Shown: in pieces, positions 14,290-27,934 of the stretch
Layout of the letters: every line of letters starts with the position of its first letter
Position numbering within the stretch: position 1 is the first letter of the stretch
Assembly (NCBI GenBank): GCA_964016885.1
Contig: CAXHJY010001499.1
Span: 66,553-130,552 of the forward strand
Length of the DNA: 64,000 bases
Direction: 5' to 3'
Origin: Eledone cirrhosa
Taxonomy: Eukaryota
Notes under the pieces: generated by a model
What the model was told of the DNA's origin: nothing
The model's database searches: none
What the model saw: the letters and a program-made list of their open reading frames with translations, nothing else
Program-made: the position numbers and the translations under genes

Positions 14290-14682
14290 GGTGGATTGGC
14301 AGTATCTGTAGAGGGTCGGACGCCATGCTTTGCAGCATAAAGTTATGGCCCTTTATGATCTGAGTTCAAATCCCGCCGAGGTTAACTTTGCCTTTCATCC
14401 TTACGGGTCGATAAAATAAAGTACCAGTAATGCACTGGGCAATTGCTGGCCTTGTGCCAAATGTAGAAACAATTATATTATTTATCTATGTTCATTTTAT
14501 GATTGGAAGTATCGGTAGAGGGTCGGACGCCATGCTTTCCAGCATAGTTACGTCCCTTTGCGATCTAAGTTCAAATCCCGCCGAGGTTAACTTTGCCTTT
14601 CATCCTTACGGGGTCGATAAAATAAAGTACCAGTAATGTACTGGGTAATTGATGGCCTTGTGCCAAAAGTAGAAACAATTAT
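14290..14682 (+). mobile_element. Two tandem copies of the tRNA-derived SINE
   Basis: 14290-14478 and 14500-14682 match 13160-13352. Confidence 0.8.
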
Positions 14683-14886
14683 TTATCTATGTTCATGCAT
14701 AGAACAAGAAGCTCCCTAGGGTTTCAAGGCCCGATAATGATCATATCTCCAGACTTATATATGACTTATATATATATATCGAAATGTGTAGTTACGATGT
14801 AGATTCAGTATAGGAATAAATAAAAAGATGCTGATGTTACATAAGGACGTGTTTTTCTGCCTGCGGCATATCACAAAATCGGGTTT

Positions 14887-14977
14887 TTCATCTGAGGATA
14901 CCGGTCTCATAACAACAATAAATGCATGAATTACAACTTGGATTGCACGAGTGAAGAGTTGAAATAATCATTATGAA
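14887..14977 (+). ncRNA. Degenerate hammerhead-like fold
   Basis: Stem I TTCAT/ATGAA, CTGAGGA, GAAA, near-palindromic ATAATCAT; stem II poorly paired; (TA)n begins ~15021. Confidence 0.5.
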
Positions 14978-15018
14978 TAAACGATTCATGTAACATCAGA
15001 ATTTTTCTTAATGTTACT

Positions 15019-15096
<78 letters not shown>

Positions 15097-16249
15097 ATCT
15101 TCGATACATTTGTAATATTATCTGGTATTCGATGTATGCTCTCACGGTTTTTGTTTTTTCCGCAAATATTTTATCATTGAACGATTATCAGACAATATGA
15201 CCGATATGATTGTGTATATTAATCAAAATTATTCATATATGTGTGTGTGTGTGTGTGTGTGCGGTGGTGGTGGACCAGTGCATTAAAAGTATAGTGTTGC
15301 CTGTAATTGTCATTTTGTTAAAACTTTTATCATTTGGGTTGTTTTAATGTCTGATTTTTGTAATATATTTTCCCCTTATGTGTATTTACACAAATATACG
15401 AAAAGGTATATATATATACACAAGAGCAATCATGAAAAATATATGAACGGCGTATATAACATTTCCGGATACTTGAGCGGACACATTTTTAATTAATCAA
15501 AATAATGTCATTATGTTATTCTCTTACAATTTACCCCCAAACACTTCAGGGGAGAGGGAATGAAAACGAGAAAGCGAGAGAGGATGTCAGAGTGTGTGAT
15601 GTAGGGGGATGTAAGAATGATATAACTATAAACACTTTAGTAGGTGTTCCTAGACTTCCTACTCCTACTCCCACTCCGTTTAAAGCCAGCCTCTATGCTC
15701 CCCAGCTCTCTATCCCACTCTTTCTTTCCCGCACTCTCTCTCTCTCTCTCACTCCAGCTCTATGTCTGTCCTCAGTAATTACATTCCTCTTCATTTTTCT
15801 TTCACTAACATTCTTATGATGAGCTTTACACAGAACATATGTATATATGCATGCGTCATTATATATATACACAAATATGCATATATATATTTTGTATGTA
15901 TGCATTCATGTATATGTAAGTAAGTGTGTGTGTGTGTGCGTAGTATGAATGAGAGAAAATATCTGGTAATTCGTTTGCTTACTGTTTGAGTGATGGCTAT
16001 CAGTAGTTATAACTGTGACGTGTTACGTCGTGAGTCCATTGTTGAAGATCTCGCTGCTGCTAATTACTCTGTACAGAGATAAAAATATTTGCCAGTTTTC
16101 TGCATGTTTGAGATATAATTTCTTTGATATTTCTTTGTTTAGTTTCTTGTTGTTTGTTTTTATTAATGTTACGTATGGTACTGGTTTATTGCTTGTCTTT
16201 TGTTTTTATCAACTTAGCTATTTTAGTTGTTTTATTTCAATTATATCTT

Positions 16250-17100
16250 TATAATGGAAGCGAAGATAATTACTCTGTTCAGTGACTTTGTTCTCTGTAT
16301 TGTTGCTGTAATGTTGAGTTTTTTAAACCTTAAATCTGTTTCTTAGCAGTTCCAGTGTTATTTGTTTAAAGGGTGTGAATAATTTTTGTATATTTTGGTC
16401 ATTAATGCTGAGCCTGTCTTAATGAAAGCACGGGGGCGGGAGCGGACCTTAGTCTTATACATATTGTTATATATTAGTGTCTTGTTATAAGTTGTTTAGG
16501 TTGTAAAGGCTGCCTAATTGATATGTTGATATGTCTTCTCTGGTGATATTTTTTTATTGCTTTTTTGTAGCTAATTCAACCTAGTTTAATTTCCCTTTTA
16601 TCATTCCATGTTCGATCAATGAAATAACCTACCAGCCCAGATGATAGATTTGGGGAATTATTCTACAGGCGGGCGATATGCATTGTGATATCTGTTCCAG
16701 CTCTTTGGTTTCTTCCGAACAAACCTGCATTAACACTTGTGTCAAGCTATATAGGCTCTTGTCTTCCCTTTGAACAATACTAAAAACATTTGCACACATG
16801 AGCAATTACTCGTCATCCATAAAAAGCAAACGTTACCCAAGCCTGCAATTGGAGAGGATTCTCCAGGTGGGGAGCAAAAACTAGGGCAGTAAAAGACATA
16901 AAGAGTTTCCATATATTTTTGTTGTTGTCGTTGTTTTTTTTCCATATCCATCGCTTTCCCGTTTTCTCTGTGCTTGATGTTTAATAGCATGTTTATATTG
17001 TGTTGTTCTACAGCATGACCTTGATCCTCTATCAACAGTATTAATATCTGGCACTGAACATTATGTTATCCAACACTATGTGGCGTAATTTGTTAGAGAT
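16250..17100 (-). mobile_element. Highly decayed LINE remnant (AP endonuclease region)
   Basis: Minus-strand AYRPP motif near 16670 followed by a degenerate GDF-like segment; boundaries uncertain. Confidence 0.35.
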
Positions 17101-18000
17101 TCATGAGCTATTATAGATTCATGGGCTTCTTCTTTGTCTCTGAGATGAAGTGTTGTTGATATGGTATGGGGAGAGAATAGATTATGATATTGATGATGAT
17201 GAAGATGCGGATGATGATGTCAATGTTGACGACGATGACGAAGATCGTGATAATGATGATAGTATATCTTGTGTCACAGCACGTGATCATATTTTATTAT
17301 GAAAATCTATGATCAAAGACCTCCACCAATGGCTAGGCAATATATATATTTTTTTCATTTCGGTATCTTTTATCTCATGCGTGATTCCCCCAAGAATCAA
17401 ACTGCGGAAATGTTATGTTTTATAAAATGTCAACAGTTGTACTTGATTTCAAGTCTCCCTTCTCGGTGTCAGCTGTGATGTCCAAGGGAAACACGGGGGC
17501 TGATATCATTTGGCACCAATATTGTTGCAGGCGTTGCGACCAAGTGACAAATAAACATAACAGGGACGGCGAAATGTTTTGTTCGGTATATTCCAATATT
17601 CCCCTACCCTGCATTGGTACCACTTTTCCCTTGCATTGTGTGATCCTTCATTTTTTTAGTGGTGATAAGGTATAATTAAAGGAATATTTAGGTTCTAACT
17701 GTAGCAGAAGGATCAATCACGTTAGGGATTCCTCGTCAACTAATGATGATGGTGAAGAAGGGTGTAGTAATAATTGTTGTCATAGATGGATTTGTAGGCA
17801 GAAGCAGATAAATAGTTGGTAACATATGGTTTCGTTATTTGCCCTCAACGAATTCTATATCACATCTAATGTTTCGAGTCAATCATTTCTAATTACCATA
17901 TAAAACGATAACATTGATATTGTCACGTTTAAATCTTTTTATATTTACATGTCATTGATGAATCACTATACGTTTATATGTATGTATATATGTATGTATT

Positions 18001-18415
18001 CCGGGAGAGATGACCCCTTAGCCTTTGTCAAGGCAGAATTCTAGGAGAAGGAAAACTCTGATATAACACTTGCAACCCTGATGGCATCCAATGATGTTGA
18101 CTTGTTCTTCTTTTTGGTAAATATCATTTTGGTTAAGAGAGTGGGACTGGCTTTGTGCAGTGCATTTGCTCACTATAAAAGCTTCACGGCACAGGCCTTG
18201 CTTTATATCTGGAGATCTCTCTACACTTGTAGTCACATGGTACCATGGGCCGAGCACTATGTGCCAATAATTGTCACAAGTGTAGTGTTTGTACCAGAGT
18301 TTTCAAGTCGCTGGCTGGACTAAAATGTCACACTCGTTCAGCGCATCGGTAGGGGTTCTCCTACATGGATATAAAGTAGTGGCCGTACTCGAAAACGAAT
18401 TGGCAGCCACCATGT
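18001..18415 (+). mobile_element. Bipartite non-autonomous RTE-derived retroposon, copy 1 (5'-truncated), (TATG)n tail
   Basis: RTE 5'-UTR-like CTAGGAGAAGGAAAACTCTG joined to a terminal C2H2 finger CSVCTRVFKSLAGLKCHTRSAH*. Confidence 0.75.
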
Positions 18416-18552
18416 GTGTATGTATGTATATATGTAGGTATGTATGTATATATGTAGGTATGTATGTGTGTATGTGTGTATGTAGGTATGTAGGTATATA
18501 TGTGTGTATGTAGGTATGTAGGTATATATGTATATATGTAGGTATGTATGTG

Positions 18553-19080
18553 CAACCCCACCAAGGTTTCTTGGTGAGGAGGGTGACTTTGGACATCCTG
18601 CAGGACTAAAAACAAAACCTGTCAAAGGGCAAGGAGCTCTTAAGAGTCAATGGCGATCCAAAATAATCGGGAGAGATGACCCCTTAGCCTTTGTCAAGGC
18701 AGAATTCTAGGAGAAGGAAAACTCTGATATAGCACCTGCAACTCTCATGGTATCCAATGTTGTTGACGTCTTCTTGTTTTTGGTAAATATTATCTTGGTT
18801 TATAGAGTGGGACTGGTTTTGTGCAGTGCCTTTGCTCACTATAAAAACTTCACGGCACAGGCATTGCTTTATATCTGGAGATCTCTCTGCACTTGTCATC
18901 ACAGGGTACAATGGGCCCAGCACTATGTGTCAGTAATTGTCACAAGTGTATTGTTCGTACCAAAGATTTCAAGTCGCTGGCTGGACTAAAAAGTCGCACA
19001 CGTTCAGCGCATCAGTAGGGGTTCTCCTACATGGATATAAAGTAGTGACCGTACTCGAAAACGAGTTCGCAGCCACCATG
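18553..19080 (+). mobile_element. Bipartite non-autonomous RTE-derived retroposon, copy 2
   Basis: Diverged direct repeat of 18001-18415 with ~115 nt more 5' sequence. Confidence 0.75.
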
Positions 19081-19094
19081 TATGTATATATGTA

Positions 19095-19935
19095 TGTTTA
19101 TGTGGCGGACGTTTTCCTTTAACCAACTCTCCATAAAAGAGTTGTTTTGGTATTCTAGAATCCTTCATCCTGGCAAGGTGACCACTCCAACGGAGTCGTT
19201 GCTTAAGCACAAGAGCTTCTATATTGTCACACATAGAGCTTTCCAAAATCTCGACATCACTGATGTGGTCCCTCCAGTGAACGCCATGGATCCGTCTGAG
19301 ATACATCTGATGGAAACGCTTCAATTGTTTAAGGTGGTGTCGATATGTGACCCAGGTCTCGCAGGCAAAAAGAAGACAAGAGAGCACACATGCCTTGTAC
19401 ACCTTTACATTTGTCGTCCTGCATATGTCTCGCCGACCCCAGAGTCGCCTTTCTAGCTTTCCGAAAACATCACTTGCTTTCCTAATCCTAAGTGAGATTT
19501 CACTGTCAAGGTTGCTGTATCGATTGACAGTGCTTCCCAGGTAGACAAACTGATCAACCACTCCAAGTCGTTTACCATACACATAGATATTTGGTTCAGT
19601 GTACTGCTTACCAGGGACAGGTTGGTACATGACGACGGTTTTCTTGAGACTGACAGTGAATCCTAGAGCAGTGTAAGCGTCAGAAAATGCATTCAAAATG
19701 TGCTGCATATCACTCTCTGTGTGCGCTACAAGATCGCAATCATCTGCATACAAGAGGTCTCTTATGATTGATGTAAATAGTTTTGTCTTTGCAGCAAAGC
19801 ACCTGATGTTAAATATGCTGCCTGAGGTTCGGTATCGGATTAAACAACATGCTCGCAATTCCTGAATGCAATACAGAAAACCATTGCAAAGTATATGGCA
19901 AACAGGGTCGGTGCTGGAATATCCCCCTGTTTCAC
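19095..19935 (-). mobile_element. RTE-clade LINE reverse transcriptase segment (inverted part)
   Basis: LLYADD, FVYLGS, ACETW, RLRWSGHLARM...RIPKQLFYGEL motifs in ORF 19004..19987. Confidence 0.92.
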
Positions 19936-20747
19936 TCCAAAAGAGGTATAAGGATTCCTTGAAAGCCTCTTTGAAAGACGCTAACATCTCTGCTGATACA
20001 TGGGAAAATATTGCTGCTGATCGTAATAAATGAAAAAGTCTGTATATGAGGGAAACATTGCCTTTGAGGCATCTCGAATCGCATACGAGAAAGTAAAGCG
20101 GGTTGTGAGGGAGGGCATTGCTGTTGCACTTCCAGACGGCGAGGGTCTTCCTATGGTACTCACATGCAGCGTCTGTGCGAGCCTCTGCCTAAGCAAAGCT
20201 GGACTCGAAAGTCATCTTCGCAGTCATAATTAAGACCAGTGGTTGACTACCAGGCTGCTGTTGGAGATGCTACTCATCATGCTTGCCAAACATGTGGTAG
20301 AGAATGTAGATCAGCAGGAGGGCTCAAGCGACATGCAAAAGTACATGGCCTCCAACCACAGCCGGCTATTCCCAGTGAATGTTTTGGTTGCCGACTCTGT
20401 GCAAGGCATTTTAGATCATTGGCTGGGCTAAAAAGCCACATTCGATAACAGCGCTGTTAGTTGCTATCGTGTGTGTGTATAGATATGTTTATGTGTGCGT
20501 ATGTGTGTATATATATATGTATATGTATATTATATTGTTGTTGTTGTCGTTATTATTATTGTTGTTATTATTATTATTATTATTATTATTAATGAATATG
20601 TGTGTATGTATATATGTGTATGTGTATGTATGTATGTATGTGTGTGTGTTTATATATATATATATTTTTATTTTATTATTTTTTTTTTTCATTTATTTTT
20701 TTTCTCATCGTGCAATGGCCATACTCGATAACAAGGGGGCAGGCATC
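19936..20747 (+). mobile_element. RTE LINE 3' end (non-inverted part) with three C2H2 zinc fingers
   Basis: KRYKDSLKASLK..TWENIAADR continues the inverted part; CSVC..H, CQTC..H, CRLC..H fingers; stops present; 3' terminus GGCCATACTCGATAACAAGGGGGCAGGCATCA. Confidence 0.85.
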
Positions 20748-20764
20748 ATATATGTATGTATGTG

Positions 20765-20771
20765 TATATAC

Positions 20772-20831
<60 letters not shown>

Positions 20832-20923
20832 ATATATATATATATATACATTATATATGTATATATATACATTATATATATATACATAATATATATATAT
20901 ATACATAATATATATATATATAC

Positions 20924-20971
<48 letters not shown>

Positions 20972-20995
20972 ATATATATATATGTATATATAAAC

Positions 20996-21033
<38 letters not shown>

Positions 21034-21129
21034 ATATATATATATATATACATTATATATATATACATAATATATATATATATACATAATATATATATAT
21101 ATATATACATAATATATATATATAAATAC

Positions 21130-21167
<38 letters not shown>

Positions 21168-21189
21168 ATATATATATATATATATATAC

Positions 21190-21245
<56 letters not shown>

Positions 21246-21269
21246 ATATATATATATATATATACATAC

Positions 21270-21319
<50 letters not shown>

Positions 21320-21345
21320 ATATATATATATATATATATATATAC

Positions 21346-21381
<36 letters not shown>

Positions 21382-21607
21382 ATATATATATATATATATA
21401 TATACATAATATATAATATATATATATATACATAATATATAATATATATATATATACATAATATATATATATATATATATATACATAATATATAATATAT
21501 ATATATATACATAATATATAATATATATATATATACATAATATATGTATATATATATATATACATAATATATATATATATACACATTATATATATATATA
21601 TATACAC

Positions 21608-21656
<49 letters not shown>

Positions 21657-21690
21657 TATGTATATATATATATATATATATACATTATAT
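20765..21690. repeat. Compound (TA)n/CATAA irregular microsatellite array
   Basis: Direct inspection; similar arrays at 26223-27256, 27800-28310, 30870-31200, 35430-36995, 43620-45370. Confidence 0.95.
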
Positions 21691-22124
<434 letters not shown>

Positions 22125-22219
22125 ATGTAGGAGGTGAGTTTTATTGTAGTACAATAAAGCAATGCAGATATCGGATAAGAAGCACTCTACAGTTTGTAGG
22201 ACTGGAGTATACATAATAT

Positions 22220-22541
22220 ATAAGAACAAAAGATGGTTAAAGGAGTTCCATGTATTTTATTATGCGCATTTCAAAAACAAACATCATCATGCAATAATAT
22301 TTGTGTTTTCAGCAGATAAAACAGGAGGACATGATATGAAGGCTAAAAATCACTTGTGGATAGTGCAGTTTTAAATCAACATATGTTGATATGTTGATTT
22401 AAAACTGCACTAAGTGTTTTTTAGCCTTCATATCATGTCCTCCTGTTTTATCTGATGAAAACACAAATATTATTGCATGATGATGTTTGTTTTTGAAATG
22501 CGCATAATAAAATACATGGAACTCCTTTAACCATCTTTTGT

Positions 22542-22546
<5 letters not shown>
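22220..22546. mobile_element. Fold-back palindrome of a hammerhead-bearing element tail
   Basis: Arms ~22220-22383 and ~22390-22546 are reverse complements; (TA)n on the right, short TA run on the left; same terminal ~35 nt at ~27758-27795. Confidence 0.88.
22446..22512 (+). ncRNA. Type I hammerhead ribozyme fold (canonical core)
   Basis: TTTTAT/ATAAAA stem I; CTGATGA; long imperfect stem II; GAAA; palindromic ATGCGCAT; AUA site. The left-arm copy (22255-22321, minus) has CTGCTGA. Confidence 0.85.
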
Positions 22547-22602
<56 letters not shown>

Positions 22603-22605
<3 letters not shown>

Positions 22606-22922
22606 TGCCAGAGAACGTCTCTATGCACCACCTAAGAGAACATTAGTCTACGACCTCTTTTATACCATAAACGTGGTTTTGTCTTTGCGCGCAATTGTTT
22701 TTCACCGCTCCTATTAATGACGTATTATTCGTTTTTTCCCGTTCTTTGCCAGCGAACGTTACCACGAACCAAAGTATCGTCTTCCTGTCTTCCTCCGGTT
22801 GCAACGTTTTTTGAAATATCCAGTTCTGCGTTTACAGATTGACTTTGTTAGTTTCAGAAGATCCCGTTAAGGGTGAAAGCAGCGATTCTTTGCTTAAACT
22901 TTAATCTGTTATTTTAATAAAT
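22603..22922 (+). mobile_element. Non-coding element tail, CAGAAGA-hammerhead family
   Basis: Near-identical to 30454-30775; shorter copies at 5786-5870, 63290-63360, 63670-63900. Confidence 0.85.
22850..22900 (+). ncRNA. Hammerhead-like fold with CAGAAGA core
   Basis: AGTTT-CAGAAGA-TCCC-gttaa-GGGT-GAAA-GCA-gcgattctt-TGC-TT-AAACT. Confidence 0.7.
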
Positions 22923-23002
22923 ATATATACATTATATATATATATATCTATATATATATATATATATATATATACATTATATATATATATCTATATATAT
23001 CT

Positions 23003-23370
23003 AGTCAGCATATTGTTACTCTCAAGGAAGTGAGTCATTCGCGATCTCACCACTCTCTCAAATACCTTAATGATATGAGAGGTGAGTGGGATTGGACGGT
23101 AATTCACGGCGAGGGATTTGTTTCCTTATTTGAAAACTGGGACAACAGACTAGGATAGAAGGTTTTCAGGCACATATCCAGCATCCAGTGAGTTCCGCCA
23201 CAGATTGGCAACAGGAGATGCAAGTTGGTGTTGACACGCCTTCAAGACACAAGCAGGGAACCTATCGGGACCTACTGCTGAATTATGCTTTATTTCCTTT
23301 ATTGCCGCTAAGACATCAGGGGCGCCAAATGTTATGTCCGATAAGGTGTAATAGGGAGTAACATCAAATT
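23003..23370 (-). mobile_element. CR1-like LINE RT N-terminal fragment (inverted)
   Basis: Manual translation: SAVGPDRFPACVLK...VVPVFK*GNKSLAVNYRPI/LTSHIIKVFERVV. Confidence 0.85.
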
Positions 23371-23535
23371 ATTATATACTTTCGTCTTTTCATTAATTTC
23401 ATTAATTTCAAATAACCAGAATATATTTATATATATATACTCATATTTATATATACACTTCTCACTCACACACAAGAAAAACAAAAAATATATATATTGA
23501 AATACTTAACTAAAACACACACACTCAAAACTAGA

Positions 23536-24037
23536 ATGGCTAACCAGCAAAAATCCAAACAGAACTGGTCTGATAATGAAATCGACATTCTAATAAACAC
23601 ATGGCATTGCCTTACCCAAACAGAAGACATAGATGCTTCATGTCTGAACGAAATTGCTAAACGTACAGTTCACCATTTGAAAACCCGATCTGAACAACAG
23701 ATTCAAAATAAATTAAAGCAAATCGAAGTTGCTTTTAAATTAATCAATAAACATTTGGATAAACTACGGTGTGTTTTTTCTTCGGACGCTATCCAGCAGC
23801 AGCAACAGCAGCAACAACAACAACAACAGCAACAGCAGCAACAACAACAACAACAACAGCAACAACAACAACGACAACAACAACAACAGTGAGAACCACT
23901 CCTTGATTCATCAACAATGGCCGATCTACTAAGTGAAACTATTGACCTCCCAGTAGTCACTGTCTCACACCAGGAAACGCCTCTTCCTTTCTCTTCCACA
24001 GCAGTCCAATCATCACCACTGCCAACATTTCCTCTGC

Positions 24038-24104
<67 letters not shown>

Positions 24105-24730
24105 ATTTTTGCCTACTGCTATCTCAGGGAATGTACCTTCAAATACCAGCACAAGAACTCTCCCTCCCACAGCCCACAAAGGTCGTCAAATCAATCCTAC
24201 TCAAACCATCATCTACACCTCTCACAAGACACACACACACATACACACCCACTCGAAAGCCCATCATTTGCTGCTACTCTCTACGCTATAGAATATGTAC
24301 GGATAGTGGCTGCAAATTCACCCATTTACCTAGGACAAAACGGTCTATCCCCACAAACAGCCACCACCATAATACATACTCTAATTTAACACCAACACAA
24401 CCGCCAATAACTCAAACAAGGAATCCACAAATCTGCCGCTTTTCCCTGCGAGACAGATTGTGTTTACACCGGGATTGTCCCTTTACCCATCTCCCGGGGA
24501 CCCGTCGGACAAATGAAAATAAAAATAAAAATAAAAGCAAAAACAAAAACCATAACCTACATAAAAATAACCACTACCACAGTCACCAACAGTCTCCTAA
24601 ACAGGAAACTTCTTCCTCTTTTTTAGCCTTAATGAATCTGGCAAAAGAACTGGAAAAAAACATTCGAGCTATCACCCAGCACCACCCTCCACTATCACCC
24701 CACTGCACAAACTCCCATTGCTGCCATTAA
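23536..24730 (+). pseudogene. LINE ORF1-like region: Myb/SANT-like N-terminus, polyQ, polyT, two CCCH zinc fingers (stop and frameshift)
   Basis: NWSDNEIDILI...RSEQQIQNKLKQI; CCYSLRYRICTDSGCKFTH and CRFSLRDRLCLHRDCPFTH; directly upstream of the AP endonuclease. Confidence 0.7.
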
Positions 24731-25610
24731 CAAACAAACAAATTAACAACACACCAAAACAATTAAAACCATCCACTCTCGCCTCAACATTTTTGCTTAA
24801 CGCCCAAGGCATCAGCCCTTCCACCAATACTCAAAAATGGAAGATCAAATTCCTGGAGGACTGGGTTGATGTCCATCCAAACCACATCCCTTTCTTCGTG
24901 CTCACTGAAACACATCTCAGTAACCTCCACTTGAAAGCCGAGGTGAAAGTGAAAAATTTCAAAGCCATCCGTGCTGATCGCGCTGGCAGAAGAAAGGGTG
25001 GGAGTGCCATTTATGTCCATAATTCTTTCTCAACAGAGGCTATGAACATATTTACTAATGGATACTGCGAAGCAGTCACTGTATTCAGTCAAACCAACAA
25101 CCTAATAGTAGTTGGGCTCTATAGGCCACCCCAAACGCCTGTACCATGCTTCAAGGAATGTCTCAACAGCATAAAGTGTTTCATCCAAGAGTGTCACCCT
25201 GACAACATCTTAATGATGGGGGACTTCAACCTCCCCGGAATTGACTGGTCCACAAACAGCCTGCCACCAGGTTCTTCTGCCTCAACCTCTGACAGGGAAG
25301 CAGTGGAATCGCTTCTTGACTTCATGGATGATTTCTTCCTGTCCCAACTGGTGCTCGAACCAACGAGGTGCCACAAATACGTCCTAGACTTAATTTTCAG
25401 CAATCACACTGACAATATCCACAATATTGCAGTGGAGAAAACTCTACTCTCTGATCATGACATGGTTCTCTGTGATCTGAGATTCCACCGCCCAATGTCA
25501 TCTCTCCTGTCCATCCGTTTGACGCTATGGATTTCCACAATGCAAACTGGGAAGCGATCAGTCATGATCTTGCACATGTCGACTGGTCCTTCACGCACAC
25601 TCATACACCC
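24718..25610 (+). pseudogene. CR1-like LINE ORF2 AP endonuclease, truncated
   Basis: LNAQG, LTETHL, RADR..KGGG, YRPP, GDFNLP, LDL, SDH motifs. Confidence 0.92.
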
Positions 25611-25636
25611 ACTAACAATTTTAGTAAGTAATTCAA

Positions 25637-26223
25637 TTAGATGGAGTGAAATTTTAGTAAGTAATTCAATTTTTATAACTTTCTTATTTACGTCTTTCAT
25701 ATAATTGTTCTGCATCCCCCTGCATAGAACCACAAAGTTACTAAGACAAAACATATATATTTGCTAGCATAGGTATGCATCTGTATACATATGTCGGTAG
25801 ATATATTAATTCATTATAATTATCTCCAAATTATTTGTTGAGCAAAATTTGCCGAAATTACTACTGTGACTGATAGTAGTGGCTAGGCTCTGTCTTAATA
25901 GCACCCCCACTCCTAACTGATTAACCTCGGTGTCACGTGATTGATTCTTTTGAATTTGCCACTTGACCAAGTAGGCAGTGAATTTTTCAATGTCTTGGAA
26001 TCTAGCCCCGCTCGATATTTTCCATCCACCGAAATATTTTTATATAAGTTCCCAGTGTCCCCGCATTGCCTGGAAGTTTAGCTGAGAATAGACTCCCTGA
26101 TGACGTAAGGCTTCTCGATAGTTATATTACGTAACTATATGTACCCCTTACAGAAACTAGTTAGTTGGAGTGAAATTTTAGTAAGTAAGTCAATTTTCAT
26201 AACTTTCTTATTTACGTCTTCCA
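25637..26223 (+). mobile_element. Retrozyme-like non-coding unit (~525 nt plus ~60-nt terminal direct repeat)
   Basis: GGAGTGAAATTTTAGTAAGTAA...TTTACGTCTT repeated at 25643 and 26167; contains a hammerhead; ends in (TA)n. Confidence 0.7.
26092..26171 (+). ncRNA. Type I hammerhead ribozyme fold
   Basis: ACTCC/GGAGT stem I; CTGATGA; stem II GTAAGG/CCTTAC with inner ATAGTTA/TAACTAT; GAAA; stem III ACT/AGT; GUU site. Confidence 0.82.
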
Positions 26224-26244
26224 TATATATATATATATATATAC

Positions 26245-26365
<121 letters not shown>

Positions 26366-26533
26366 ATATATATATATATATATACATAATATATGTACAT
26401 AATATATATATATATATAATATATATATACATAATATATATTTATATATATCTATATATATAAATAATATATATATATATACTTAATATATATATATATA
26501 TACATAATATATATATATATATATATATACATA

Positions 26534-26574
<41 letters not shown>

Positions 26575-26900
26575 ATATTTATATATATATATATACATAG
26601 TATATATATATATATATATATATATACATAATATATATATATATATATATATACATAATATATATATATATATAATATATATATACATAATATATATACA
26701 TAATATATATATATATATAATATATATATATACATAATATATATATATATATGTATATATATACATAATATATATATATATATACATAATATATATATAT
26801 ATGTATATACATAATATATATATATATATATATAAATAATATATATATATATATACATAATATATATATATATATACATAATATATATATATATATATAC

Positions 26901-26934
<34 letters not shown>

Positions 26935-26973
26935 GATATTATATATATATATATATACATAATATATATATAT

Positions 26974-27019
<46 letters not shown>

Positions 27020-27058
27020 TAATATATATATATATATATATACATAATATATATATAT

Positions 27059-27092
<34 letters not shown>

Positions 27093-27112
27093 TAATATAT
27101 ATATATATATAG

Positions 27113-27170
<58 letters not shown>

Positions 27171-27256
27171 ATATATATATATATATTATGTATATATATA
27201 AATACATAATATATATATATATATATATTATGTATATATATATATACATAATATAT

Positions 27257-27447
27257 AGGAACGAGTAGGACACCGACGGCTGAGCTCAAGCCGTTTCGAC
27301 GTTTAGTCCAGAATTAGCCGTCGAAACGGCTTTAGCTCAGCCGTCGGGGTCCTACTCGTTCCTATTACCCACTCTACTACCCTAAGTATTGTGTACTTTT
27401 GTGCGTTATGGTCCACTTGGTTCCTTACCACATTTCCTTCGTTACGT
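27257..27447. mobile_element. Fold-back palindrome of the same pLTR tail as 9930-10135
   Basis: Left arm 27257-27300 is the reverse complement of part of the right arm; (TA)n on both sides. Confidence 0.85.
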
Positions 27448-27468
27448 AATATATATATATGTACTTAA

Positions 27469-27607
<139 letters not shown>

Positions 27608-27794
27608 GATATAGGCATACGTCAAGACGGGCGGTCTCAAAAGTGAAACTAATTTTTGACAGTTACGACTGTGAATTTGTTTGTTTTCTTACAACAGGTC
27701 TCAATAGTGAAAGTATAATGCAGACACACGCAATTGTATGGATTTCTTAATATATATAAATACATGGAACTCTTTTAAACATCTTTTGATCTTA

Positions 27795-27887
<93 letters not shown>

Positions 27888-27902
27888 GTATATATATATA
27901 TG

Positions 27903-27934
<32 letters not shown>

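Noticed and set aside
20030-20448. C2H2 zinc-finger host gene exons
   Set aside because: In frame with and directly after RTE ORF sequence, with stops; part of the LINE.
20676-21607. Long IYIY-type ORFs here and in other TA tracts; CVCV/THTH ORFs
   Set aside because: Translations of dinucleotide microsatellites, with no coding evidence.
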